DNA of 64,000 bases from Candidatus Daviesbacteria bacterium RIFCSPLOWO2_01_FULL_39_23 (GTDB lineage: Bacteria; Patescibacteriota; Microgenomatia; Daviesbacterales; UBA10151): NCBI GenBank assembly GCA_001776935.1, contig MFDN01000001.1, positions 165,449 to 229,448 on the forward strand. The letters run 5' to 3'. Within the stretch, counting starts at the first letter, position 1, and every line of letters begins with the position of its first letter. This document shows, in pieces, positions 48,370 through 57,084 of this stretch. Made by a program: the position numbers and the translations under genes. Below the pieces are notes generated by a model. The model did not search any database, was not told the origin of the DNA, and saw nothing but the letters and a program-made list of their open reading frames with translations.

Positions 48370-49893
48370 ATGAATCTTTTTAAAAAGAAAATATTATTAC
48401 TTTTGCTGCCTATTTTCATCCTTGCTCTGGTGCTCCGATTTTTATATTATCCTCAAAATACCTACTTTGGTTTTGATCAGGCCAGGGATGTCTTTGCTGT
48501 AAGGGAAATTCTTTCAGGTAATTTAAAAATAGTAGGACCGCCTACAGCAAACGGCGTGCTTCATCATGGGGTTTTATACTATTATATTTTTGCTCCATTT
48601 TACTTTCTTTCGGGAGGAGATCCAACAGCTGCTTCGGTTTTTTTAAGAGTGCTAAATGCGTCCGGAATATTTCTAATATTTTTGGTTGTTGTTCCGCTTT
48701 TTGGCGCAAGAGCGGCTTTGTTTGCTGCTTTCCTTTTTGCTGTTTCGTATGAACAAACGCAATTTTCGCTTTTTCTTAACCATCCTGCGTTGGCCGTAAT
48801 TTCTGTTTTAATTTTTTATTTGGGGTTATCCTATTGGATTTTTAAGAAAAAGCTCCGGGGTCTTTATATTGCATTATTTGGGTTGGGCCTTTCCATTCAG
48901 TTTGAATTTGTGGAAACACAGCTTTTAGCGGTATTTGTTCTATTTATCCTGGTATTTAGAAAAACTCTCCCTAAATTAGATTTTAAAAGTATAGTTACAT
49001 CATCTCTAATGTTCCTTTTACCGGTATCTCCTTACCTTATATCAGAAATTAAAAATAGCTTTTTTACTATTTCAAAGCTGCCGGGTTTAATATTTAACCA
49101 ATCAGATGCAGGGTCCCCCGGTGCATCTTTTCCGTTCTTATTTATAATTAACCGTTATTTCATGGATAATTTGGCCGCAAATGAATCAGTGGCAGTTATT
49201 ATTCAGTTGATATTTTTGATTCTGTTAGTTCTTTTTATTCATAAACGGGAATACAGAATTCAGCTTACTTTTTTATGCCTTTGGTTTTTTGGGGGATTGT
49301 TGGTGTATTTTTTTACAAATAATGATGCTTATTTTTACAATACCGGTACATCAATTGCTTTAATAATATTTTCTGCATTTTTATTATCCTACTTATTTTC
49401 AAAAAATAAATTCTTAACATTTTCCATATTGGCATTAATATTTATTTCCAATATCTATTTAATAACTAAAAATAACCCATTGGGACCCAATCAAAAGATT
49501 AATCCCCAAATTGGATTATTGCTTAAAGATGAGCAGAAAGTTATAGATTTTATCTATCAGGACGCCCGGGGAGAAGTTTTTGCTGTGAATGCGCTTACTA
49601 TGCCTTACAATGTTAATACAACCTGGAGTTATCTTTTTGAATGGTATGGGAAGAAAAATTACGGGTATGTCCCTGTCTGGGGAGGGGATGCAGCAGATGG
49701 ATTTCCAGGCAATTTACAAGTTGAGAATGCAAGAAGCAGGTTGCCTATAAGGCGTTATTTGATTATTGAGCCACAGGAGGGAATTCCTTCTTATCTTGCA
49801 AAAGCATTTTTGTCGGGTGAAGAAAATTATACAGAAGTGACCGGTGAAAAAAAGATAGGAACGCTAAGGGTATTAATACAAAAGCCAAAATGA
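48370..49893 (+). CDS. GT39-like membrane glycosyltransferase
   Basis: FGFDQARD, IVGP, HG..YYY..AP, GGDP; many TM helices. Confidence 0.8.
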   Translation: MNLFKKKILLLLLPIFILALVLRFLYYPQNTYFGFDQARDVFAVREILSGNLKIVGPPTANGVLHHGVLYYYIFAPFYFLSGGDPTAASVFLRVLNASGIFLIFLVVVPLFGARAALFAAFLFAVSYEQTQFSLFLNHPALAVISVLIFYLGLSYWIFKKKLRGLYIALFGLGLSIQFEFVETQLLAVFVLFILVFRKTLPKLDFKSIVTSSLMFLLPVSPYLISEIKNSFFTISKLPGLIFNQSDAGSPGASFPFLFIINRYFMDNLAANESVAVIIQLIFLILLVLFIHKREYRIQLTFLCLWFFGGLLVYFFTNNDAYFYNTGTSIALIIFSAFLLSYLFSKNKFLTFSILALIFISNIYLITKNNPLGPNQKINPQIGLLLKDEQKVIDFIYQDARGEVFAVNALTMPYNVNTTWSYLFEWYGKKNYGYVPVWGGDAADGFPGNLQVENARSRLPIRRYLIIEPQEGIPSYLAKAFLSGEENYTEVTGEKKIGTLRVLIQKPK

Positions 49894-51455
49894 TAAAAAG
49901 ATATTTAAAATACTTAATATTAATACCAATAATATTTAATATTTTTCTGGCCTCAAGATGGGTAATTGACGGTAATATTTTTTTTCATACGGATATTGCA
50001 CGTGATTTCCTCTTAATGGAAGATATTGTGGAAAATAAGAATTTGACGCTTTTGGGCCCCCGCTCGGGAGCAATACCCGGTTTATTCCATGGGCCTTTTT
50101 GGCTATATTTAAATATACCCGCCTTTATAGCCGGAGAAGGAGACCCTGTGTTTGTGGGGTGGTTTTGGGTGATCCTTTACATTTTAAGCTTAGTTTTTAT
50201 TTACTATGCGGGAAGGAAAATGTTTGGCAGGGAAGAGGGGATGCTAGCTGCACTGTTGCTTTCTTCAGTGACTATTTTACATGTTAGGTCTTTGTTCAAT
50301 CCATATGGCGCATTGCTTTTATCTCCGCTTTTTTTCTATTTTTTTATCAGCTACCTAAAAGATTTTAAAATTAAGAACTTAGTTTTATCTTTTTTAATAT
50401 TAGGCTTTATTATTCAGTTTCAGATGGCATTTGGGGTTCCGATTCTGCTTTTACTGATGCCTTACCTTATTTATTATCTTATAAAGAATAAGAAGATAAT
50501 TCATTTGGTTTCTTCTGCAGTTTTGATAATTCCCTTATCAAGTTTTTTGATATTTGACCTGAGAAACCAGTTTATTCAGTTAAAATCTCTTTCAAGCTAC
50601 GTTTTGGGTTCGCAATCTCATGGTAAATTATCGTTGGACTGGTTTCAACTTTTGACGATGAGGATTAAAGAATCAGCAGTTGATGGATTAGGAGCTATAA
50701 CTCAAAATAATCTATATCTTACAATTTTGTTAATTTTTGTATTTATTCTTGGAATTTTTAGAATATATAAAAAAGGAAAAGATTCGAAAGTAGTTACATT
50801 TGTTAATGTTTTCTTATTTTTTTATTTTGGTTTTTGGTTTTTTACGATCTTTTTTAAAGGGCCGGTTTGGAATTATTATTATTTGCCTTTTATCCCTTTG
50901 ATAATTTTATTTTTTGTTTTATTAAAGAGAGCAGTAAATAAGATAATTTTTTATTCTATTTTTATATTGGTTTATTCTTTTAATTTATACACTGCTTTTT
51001 TGGATATTGGTACTTATAATCCAGATGCTTCTAAATCAGATGTCAGCACCTGGAAATTTAATAAACTTGTGGCTCAGAAAGTTTTTGACAGCAGAGAGAA
51101 TGAATTTGGTTATTTTATCTTCACTCCGGATCTATATGGTTATTCTCCAAGGTATGCATTAAATTATTATCAAAAGAAAATCTTGGAAAAAAAGGTTTAT
51201 CCTTATGAAAAGAAAACAGTTACATACCTGGTGATTGCGCCGGCCCCTGAATACGGAAAAGATCCCAACAGTTTGTGGTATCAAAAAAATACCAATAGCG
51301 GAATTTGGAGAAGCAATGATATAAGAATATCCAAGGATCCTGATTTTAAATTCGTATTTGAAAATGGTTTTGTGATTGAAAAATACAATTTGTCTGATGA
51401 AGAAACTAAATTAGCTCCTAATCCATATTTAATCAAGGATATATTCTTCAGATGA
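49890..51455 (+). CDS. GT39-like membrane glycosyltransferase (paralog of the preceding gene)
   Basis: FHTDIARD, LLGP, HGP.W.Y...P, GDP, FNP, FDLRN, WNYY. Confidence 0.8.
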   Translation: MIKRYLKYLILIPIIFNIFLASRWVIDGNIFFHTDIARDFLLMEDIVENKNLTLLGPRSGAIPGLFHGPFWLYLNIPAFIAGEGDPVFVGWFWVILYILSLVFIYYAGRKMFGREEGMLAALLLSSVTILHVRSLFNPYGALLLSPLFFYFFISYLKDFKIKNLVLSFLILGFIIQFQMAFGVPILLLLMPYLIYYLIKNKKIIHLVSSAVLIIPLSSFLIFDLRNQFIQLKSLSSYVLGSQSHGKLSLDWFQLLTMRIKESAVDGLGAITQNNLYLTILLIFVFILGIFRIYKKGKDSKVVTFVNVFLFFYFGFWFFTIFFKGPVWNYYYLPFIPLIILFFVLLKRAVNKIIFYSIFILVYSFNLYTAFLDIGTYNPDASKSDVSTWKFNKLVAQKVFDSRENEFGYFIFTPDLYGYSPRYALNYYQKKILEKKVYPYEKKTVTYLVIAPAPEYGKDPNSLWYQKNTNSGIWRSNDIRISKDPDFKFVFENGFVIEKYNLSDEETKLAPNPYLIKDIFFR

Positions 51456-51577
51456 AAACGGCTTCTATGATTAGCAGTAACTATTTTCCGAGAAAGGGGA
51501 TTGTTATTTTTGTTTTAATATTGTTTGTTTTATTTATTCTACAATTTATTTCATCAAAATTTTTTCCTTTAATTTGA
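51452..51577 (+). CDS. 41 aa single-TM peptide or remnant of a truncated membrane gene
   Basis: Below the track cutoff. ATGA overlap with the upstream stop; translation MKTASMISSNYFPRKGIVIFVLILFVLFILQFISSKFFPLI. Confidence 0.35.
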   Translation: MKTASMISSNYFPRKGIVIFVLILFVLFILQFISSKFFPLI

Positions 51578-51645
51578 TGTTTTAGGAGGAAGCTATTTGC
51601 ATACTTGGGGGTGCGGACCGATCTTTTTGTACCCACAGATTTTAA

Positions 51646-53526
51646 ATGTTAATGAAAATAAAAAATAAAATCTTGTTAGTAACATTTGTGTTAGTGCTTT
51701 TTATAAGCCAAATATACTTTATTGCGCCTCAGTCAGTATTTGCCGTATCAACTAACTGCAATAATCGATTTGTAACATTGGTAAATCCGGTGAGAGGCAG
51801 GGATTTATGGAAGGATAAAAGTTTAAATCCGATCCAGGATCAATACACAACAATAAGCGTGTATAAATTTCCGGCTACTTGGCTTTTGCAGTATGATGTT
51901 TTAAAAGATGCAAAAGTTTTAGAAGAAATAAAAAAATTTGATGATTCTTCGGAGTTGGGGGTACTTTTGGAAGTATCACAGTCTTCTGCAGAAGCAGCCA
52001 GGGTAATTTACCCCCATGCAGTCCCCTGGTTTAATCCTAATGCCGTGTTTCTTTCAGGTTATTCCCAATCAGACAGACGCAAGCTGATAGATAAGTTATT
52101 TACGGATTTTAGAGAATCATTCGGATATTATCCAAAATCAGTAGGTGCATGGTGGATTGATTCATATTCGCTAAATTACCTTAAAGAAAAGTATGGTATT
52201 AAAGCTGCCATGATAGTAGCGGACCAAAAAACCACTGATAGTTATGGAATTTGGGGACAGTGGTGGGGGGTGCCTTATTATCCTTCTAAAGTAAATATCC
52301 TGACTCCAGCCACTAGTTTGGAAAATAAATTAAATGTTTTAGTGATCCAGTGGGCGCAAAGAGATCCGCTGCTTGCTTTTGGAGATGGTACCAAGTTTTC
52401 TAACTATTCCCTTCAGGCTAATGATTATACAGAAAGAGGAAAAGATACTCTGTATTTTAAACAATTGGTTGATTCTTATTTGGATTGCAAAAATCCTGTG
52501 GGTCAAATTACCGTTGGTTTAGAAACGGGTATAGAAAGCGTAGGGCATATTAAAGAGTATAGAAACCAACTAGCTGTTTTAAGAGAGATTAGTAATTTAA
52601 AATTTATAACAATGAGTAGGATGAGTGAGGAGTTTGCTAAAGTTTATCCAGAAATCCCCCATTATGCAGAAGTTAGTTTATATGATTCGATTTGGAAAAT
52701 GACTACTAAAGATCGGCTTAATGAAAAATTTAAGGAAAACATCAGCTACAACGCGGAGATTCCTTTTGCAGATTACTTTACTGCAGATAAAAGTCACTTT
52801 TTGGACAGGAGATTGCCCGAAAAAACCCAACAAAGAAATCTTTTCTGGTTTCCCTATTTTTTGATTGCATCTTTAGCGCTTTTACTTTTTTCTTATCAAA
52901 GAGGAATAATCAGGGTATGGCTAGCTGGTATGCTTTTTGCTTTTGCATCTTTTGGACTTATTCTTAGGTCTTATTACCAGATGGGGTGGAAAATTTATTT
53001 TGGACCACAGCTTCCTTTTTTGGAATTTTTTCAGATACTTTTAGTCCTTGGATCATTTTTTGTTATTTGGTTCTTAAGCAGATTAAAATTTATGGGGAAA
53101 AATCCATATTTGTTATGGCTTATCCCATTAATTTTTGGGTTAGATTTTTTAGTTTTGTCAATCAGAGTGTCGTATATATCGGAAAAGTATTATGTGGGAT
53201 TTATGAGGGATGCTTTAAATTTTGTGGGTTTTGAGGTTAAACCATTTCTTAATATTACTTTTGTAAAATTGGATTTTCCATCTTATCTTTCGTCAGCTTT
53301 TTTAAAAATAGACTTAAAATATGTATGGGACAATCCAATTTCAGCATTAATTTTTTATCCAATGATACATGTTGTATTGGGTATAATTTTTAGTTATTTG
53401 CTGGTTAAATTATCTCCCCGGTTGCAAAAGATTTGTATTGGAATTTTGATAATCATCTTTTTATTTTACTTACTGGGTATTTTAAGAGCCGACCCGCGTC
53501 AAGTTGTTCCAATTTTGTTACAATAA
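51646..53526 (+). CDS. membrane protein: signal/TM, extracellular glycoside hydrolase/deacetylase-like domain, C-terminal multi-TM domain
   Basis: PATWLLQYD, ELGVLLEV, GYSQSDR..LID..F..F...FGYYPKSVGAW, GQWWGVPYYPS, then about 6 hydrophobic helices. Confidence 0.6.
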   Translation: MLMKIKNKILLVTFVLVLFISQIYFIAPQSVFAVSTNCNNRFVTLVNPVRGRDLWKDKSLNPIQDQYTTISVYKFPATWLLQYDVLKDAKVLEEIKKFDDSSELGVLLEVSQSSAEAARVIYPHAVPWFNPNAVFLSGYSQSDRRKLIDKLFTDFRESFGYYPKSVGAWWIDSYSLNYLKEKYGIKAAMIVADQKTTDSYGIWGQWWGVPYYPSKVNILTPATSLENKLNVLVIQWAQRDPLLAFGDGTKFSNYSLQANDYTERGKDTLYFKQLVDSYLDCKNPVGQITVGLETGIESVGHIKEYRNQLAVLREISNLKFITMSRMSEEFAKVYPEIPHYAEVSLYDSIWKMTTKDRLNEKFKENISYNAEIPFADYFTADKSHFLDRRLPEKTQQRNLFWFPYFLIASLALLLFSYQRGIIRVWLAGMLFAFASFGLILRSYYQMGWKIYFGPQLPFLEFFQILLVLGSFFVIWFLSRLKFMGKNPYLLWLIPLIFGLDFLVLSIRVSYISEKYYVGFMRDALNFVGFEVKPFLNITFVKLDFPSYLSSAFLKIDLKYVWDNPISALIFYPMIHVVLGIIFSYLLVKLSPRLQKICIGILIIIFLFYLLGILRADPRQVVPILLQ

Positions 53527-53531
53527 TTATG

Positions 53532-54578
53532 ATGCGAGTAGGATTTGATATATCACAATTAGCTCATCAGGGAGGAGTTGGGGTTTATACCCAAAATTTA
53601 GCTGAACAATTATCTAAAATAGCCGATTTGGAAATGGTTTATTTCTACTCCTCTTTGCGTAAACCCTACAAAGGAAAGCTGAAAAATGTTAAGTCTTACC
53701 GCCTGCCTCCTACGCTTTTTGAAATGCTTTTTAACAGATGGAGGAATGTATCAATTGAAAAATTTTTAGGTCCGCTTGATGTTTTTCATTCTTCTGATTG
53801 GACCGAACCCCCAAGTAAAGCAAAAAAAGTAACCACAGTGCATGATTTAAGTCCTTTAAAATTTCCCCGCTGGTCGCATCCTAAGATAGTAAGTGTTCAT
53901 AAAAGAAAGCTTAAGTTGATTGAAGAAGAAACAGATTGTGTTATTGCTGTGTCAGAGTCTACGAAGCGTGATCTGCTGGAAATCTCCAAAATTCCTGAAA
54001 GTAAAATAACTGTTATTTATGAGGGGGCGTCTTTTTCGGATAACGACGTCTTTTCGGAAGATGCCCGTTTTGCAGGGGAGGCTTTGGAACCCAAGATTAG
54101 GGGATTTAAAGAAAAATATAATTTGCCTCAAAACTTTATTCTGGCAATCGGCGGGGTGGGAGAACGAAAGAATTTGAAGAGAATTGAGCAATCCTGCAAA
54201 GATTATAATTTAGTTATATTAGGACAGACACTTCCCCGCTTGAGCATGGAGGAGTTAAAGCTGCTTTACAGCAGCGCAAGCGTGCTTGTGTATGCCTCAC
54301 TTTATGAGGGGTTTGGTTTGCCTATACTGGATTCATTTGCATCCGGCCTTCCGGTGATAACTTCAAACGTTTCTTCTATGCCTGAAATAGGAGGAGAGGC
54401 AGCCTTGTATGCTGATCCATTAAGCGTAGAAGATATTAAGGAAAAAATTGATTCGGTTTTAGGAGATAAAAATTTAAGAGAAGAGCTGATAGAAAAAGGT
54501 TTTAAGCGGGTAAAGCAATTTTCCTGGGAAAAATGCGCGGAAGAAACTGCAAAAGTTTACAGGAGGATTATGAAATGA
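53532..54578 (+). CDS. GT4 family glycosyltransferase (MtfB-like)
   Basis: GGVGVY, TVHDL, VSESTK.D, RKN, YEGFGLPILDSFASG, ITSN.SSMPE. Start 53529 or 53532 rather than 53433. Confidence 0.9.
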   Translation: MRVGFDISQLAHQGGVGVYTQNLAEQLSKIADLEMVYFYSSLRKPYKGKLKNVKSYRLPPTLFEMLFNRWRNVSIEKFLGPLDVFHSSDWTEPPSKAKKVTTVHDLSPLKFPRWSHPKIVSVHKRKLKLIEEETDCVIAVSESTKRDLLEISKIPESKITVIYEGASFSDNDVFSEDARFAGEALEPKIRGFKEKYNLPQNFILAIGGVGERKNLKRIEQSCKDYNLVILGQTLPRLSMEELKLLYSSASVLVYASLYEGFGLPILDSFASGLPVITSNVSSMPEIGGEAALYADPLSVEDIKEKIDSVLGDKNLREELIEKGFKRVKQFSWEKCAEETAKVYRRIMK

Positions 54579-55762
54579 GGTTTTGGATTGACGGGTATGA
54601 AGCGAATGTACCTCAAAGGCTTGGATCGTCACAGGTAGCATTTGAGCTGCTTACCCAATTTGAGAGAATTGATAAAAAAAACGAATATACAATATTTTTA
54701 CCAGATCCGCCTTTGTCTGACTTACCAAAAGAAAGAAAAGGGTGGAAGTATAGGGTCTTAAAACCTAAAAGACTTTGGACGCGGATAGCCTTACCTTTTG
54801 CGCTTTATACTGCAAGACAAAAACCTGATTTATTTTTTTCTCCTTCGCACTATCTCCCGAGATTTTTACCCTCGAAGATAAAAAAAGTTGTAGTAATATT
54901 TGATTTGTCTTTTTTACATTTTCCGGAAATGTTTAACAGAGATGATCTTTGGAAATTAAAAAACTGGACAAAATTTTCCGTAAATAATGCAGATTGTATA
55001 GTTACGATTTCTAAATTTTCAAAGGAAGATATTTATAAAGAATACAGTACCCCAAAGAAAAAAATAACTATCGCTTATCCCGGATATGATAAAGAAAAGT
55101 TCAGAGTTCAGAGTTTAGAGTTTAGGGTGGGAGAGGTGAAAAAGAAGTATAACGTAGGGGATAACTACCTTATATATATAGGAACGATACAGCCGAGGAA
55201 AAATATTATAAGGCTGATGGAGGCATTTGGTAATGCAATCCACCTCGAAGGAGTCAAAACTCACCTTCGAGGTGTGCGGGAACGTTCAAAAAATGAGTTG
55301 GAATTGGTGATTGTCGGTAAACATAAGGGTGAGGGGAAACAGGGTTGGAAATATGAAGATATATTAAAATCTCCCCAAAAATTAGGCATAGAAAGCCGCG
55401 TTAAGTTTTTAGGTTTTGTGCCGACAGATGAATTGGCCTTTCTTATATCAGGAGCAACAGCTTTTATCCAGCCTTCGCTTTATGAGGGGTTTGGGATTCC
55501 CGTAGCGGAGGCTATGGCTTGCGGTGTGCCGGTAATTGTTTCTGATGTCTCGTCGTTGCCTGAAGTAGTCGGGCAAGCAGGGCTTTTGGTAAATCCTTAT
55601 TCAGTTGATCAGATGGAGCAGGCGATAAGGACTATAGTAGCTGATAAAAAATTGCGAAAAAAATATTCAAAAGCAGGACTTGAGCGAGTCAAAATGTTCT
55701 CATGGGGTAAAATGGCGAAGGAAGTATTAAAAGTTTTTGACCGTGTGGAAAAGAAGGGGTAA
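54575..55762 (+). CDS. GT4 family glycosyltransferase (MtfB-like) carrying in-frame repeat insertions
   Basis: [39 protein letters not shown] 54575 overlaps the upstream stop. Confidence 0.9.
   Translation: MRFWIDGYEANVPQRLGSSQVAFELLTQFERIDKKNEYTIFLPDPPLSDLPKERKGWKYRVLKPKRLWTRIALPFALYTARQKPDLFFSPSHYLPRFLPSKIKKVVVIFDLSFLHFPEMFNRDDLWKLKNWTKFSVNNADCIVTISKFSKEDIYKEYSTPKKKITIAYPGYDKEKFRVQSLEFRVGEVKKKYNVGDNYLIYIGTIQPRKNIIRLMEAFGNAIHLEGVKTHLRGVRERSKNELELVIVGKHKGEGKQGWKYEDILKSPQKLGIESRVKFLGFVPTDELAFLISGATAFIQPSLYEGFGIPVAEAMACGVPVIVSDVSSLPEVVGQAGLLVNPYSVDQMEQAIRTIVADKKLRKKYSKAGLERVKMFSWGKMAKEVLKVFDRVEKKG
55098..55125 (+). repeat. heptamer tandem repeat (AGTTYAG)x4 inside CDS
   Basis: agttcag agttcag agtttag agtttag, encoding [10 protein letters not shown]. 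Confidence 0.8.
55241..55274. repeat. intragenic palindrome with 11 bp perfect arms
   Basis: CACCTCGAAGG (55241-55251) and CCTTCGAGGTG (55264-55274); inner GAGT-caaa-ACTC. Confidence 0.85.
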
Positions 55763-55765
55763 TGT

Positions 55766-55794
55766 TTGCTTAATGTGGTCTTTCCCCATATAAT
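55766..55794 (+). promoter_or_regulatory. sigma70-like promoter, probable leaderless start at 55802
   Basis: TTGCTT (55766-55771), 17 nt, TATAAT (55789-55794), 7 nt, ATG 55802. Confidence 0.6.
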
Positions 55795-55801
55795 TATATC
55801 T

Positions 55802-56404
55802 ATGGCTCTATTTCGGGACAGGATGGGAAGATCTTTAACAACAGCTGAGGCTTCTGTAAAGATTGTGATGAGAGGGTTAAACTGGCTTTTGGATTTTGAG
55901 TTGTTGCTGATCACTTGGGCGGGGCTTATGCCTTTTCATTTGTTTCGTTTGTTTGTATACTCTCTGGCAGGGATTAAGATAGGTAGAGGTTCAAGGATTC
56001 ATATTGGGGCAAGGTTTTTTTATCCGTCTAACATAAAGATCGGAACAGGAACAATTATCGGAGACAATATTTTTTTAGACGGAAGAGATAAGTTAATAAT
56101 AGGCGATCATGTGGATATTGCCTCTGGGGTAATGATTTTAAATTCCGAACATGATATAAACTCGGAAGATTTTCACCCTATTATTGCTCCGGTTATTATT
56201 GGGGATTATGTTTTTATAGGGCCAAGGTCAATTATTCTGCCCGGAGTTAATATCGGAAAAGGAGCTGTGGTAGCTGCTGGAGCTGTGGTTACTAAAGATA
56301 TACCTGATTTTGCGGTAGCGGGGGGAGTTCCGGCACAGATAATAGGGGAGCGCAAGATAAAGGATCCTCATTACCGTTTAGGTCGCGCAAGGCTTTTTCA
56401 ATAA
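55802..56404 (+). CDS. hexapeptide-repeat O-acetyltransferase
   Basis: IKIGRGSRI, IGTGTIIGDN, LDGR, IGDHVDIA, IGDYVFIG, GAVVAAGAVVTKD, GGVPA. Confidence 0.88.
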   Translation: MALFRDRMGRSLTTAEASVKIVMRGLNWLLDFELLLITWAGLMPFHLFRLFVYSLAGIKIGRGSRIHIGARFFYPSNIKIGTGTIIGDNIFLDGRDKLIIGDHVDIASGVMILNSEHDINSEDFHPIIAPVIIGDYVFIGPRSIILPGVNIGKGAVVAAGAVVTKDIPDFAVAGGVPAQIIGERKIKDPHYRLGRARLFQ

Positions 56405-56406
56405 AT

Positions 56407-56516
56407 TCAAATGTCAAAGCTCAAATGGCAAATCAAATCTAAAGTCTTAATGTTAAATAATTAAACATTGATTCTTTAGTCATAGGACATTCATTTGTAA
56501 TTTGGATTTTGACATT
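56407..56516. repeat. intergenic degenerate heptamer array arranged as an inverted repeat
   Basis: tcaaatg tcaaagc tcaaatg gcaaat caaatct... mirrored by ...cattt gtaattt ggatttt gacatt; AATGTCAAA (56410-56418) and TTTGACATT (56508-56516). Confidence 0.65.
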
Positions 56517-56535
56517 ATTTAGTAGAATCGTGAGT

Positions 56536-57084
56536 ATGATTAAAAGAATTTTCATTTTATTTTCTATATTACTTCTTATTTATATGATTTGGCCGGGGCC
56601 AAACAAAATTTCACAGTTTAAACCATTGCCTAATTCAACAAAATCTACGCTTTCGGGCGATACATTTCAAATTCCCAATGTGGCTGCTTATTTTTCCAAT
56701 AATTTCAGGGATTTTGTGATCCCTTTCTATTTTAAAAATTACCAAGGAGTTTCCCGCTTGCCGTTTCCGCCGCTCGTATTAAACCATCCTCCCGAATACT
56801 CTTGGGTAGTGATAAATGTGAATACAGATACAACATACCTAGAAGAATTCGTATACCCATTAAGGGACTCACTGTTTGTAAATGGTTTTGAAACTTACCG
56901 CCCTGATGGGACTCCGGTTTTTTGGGGTGCACCAGAGCTTACGGAATCAACAAAGTCTTGGTATACAAAAACAAAATTGAGATATTATCCAAGTAATATT
57001 TTGGTTAGGAGCTTAGTTTGGTTTGGAATAGTTGTTTCGATTCTAGCAATTTATAGATTAGGGAGGAAAATAGCCAAAGAATGA
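56536..57084 (+). CDS. hypothetical membrane-anchored protein
   Basis: N- and C-terminal TM helices around a soluble domain (LNHPPEY, TYLEEFVYPLRDSLFVNGFE). ATG 56536 preferred to 56509. Confidence 0.7.
   Translation: MIKRIFILFSILLLIYMIWPGPNKISQFKPLPNSTKSTLSGDTFQIPNVAAYFSNNFRDFVIPFYFKNYQGVSRLPFPPLVLNHPPEYSWVVINVNTDTTYLEEFVYPLRDSLFVNGFETYRPDGTPVFWGAPELTESTKSWYTKTKLRYYPSNILVRSLVWFGIVVSILAIYRLGRKIAKE

Noticed and set aside
56509-56528. TTGACA as the -35 for TAGAAT
   Set aside because: Spacing is only 8 nt; the TTGACA belongs to the heptamer inverted repeat.
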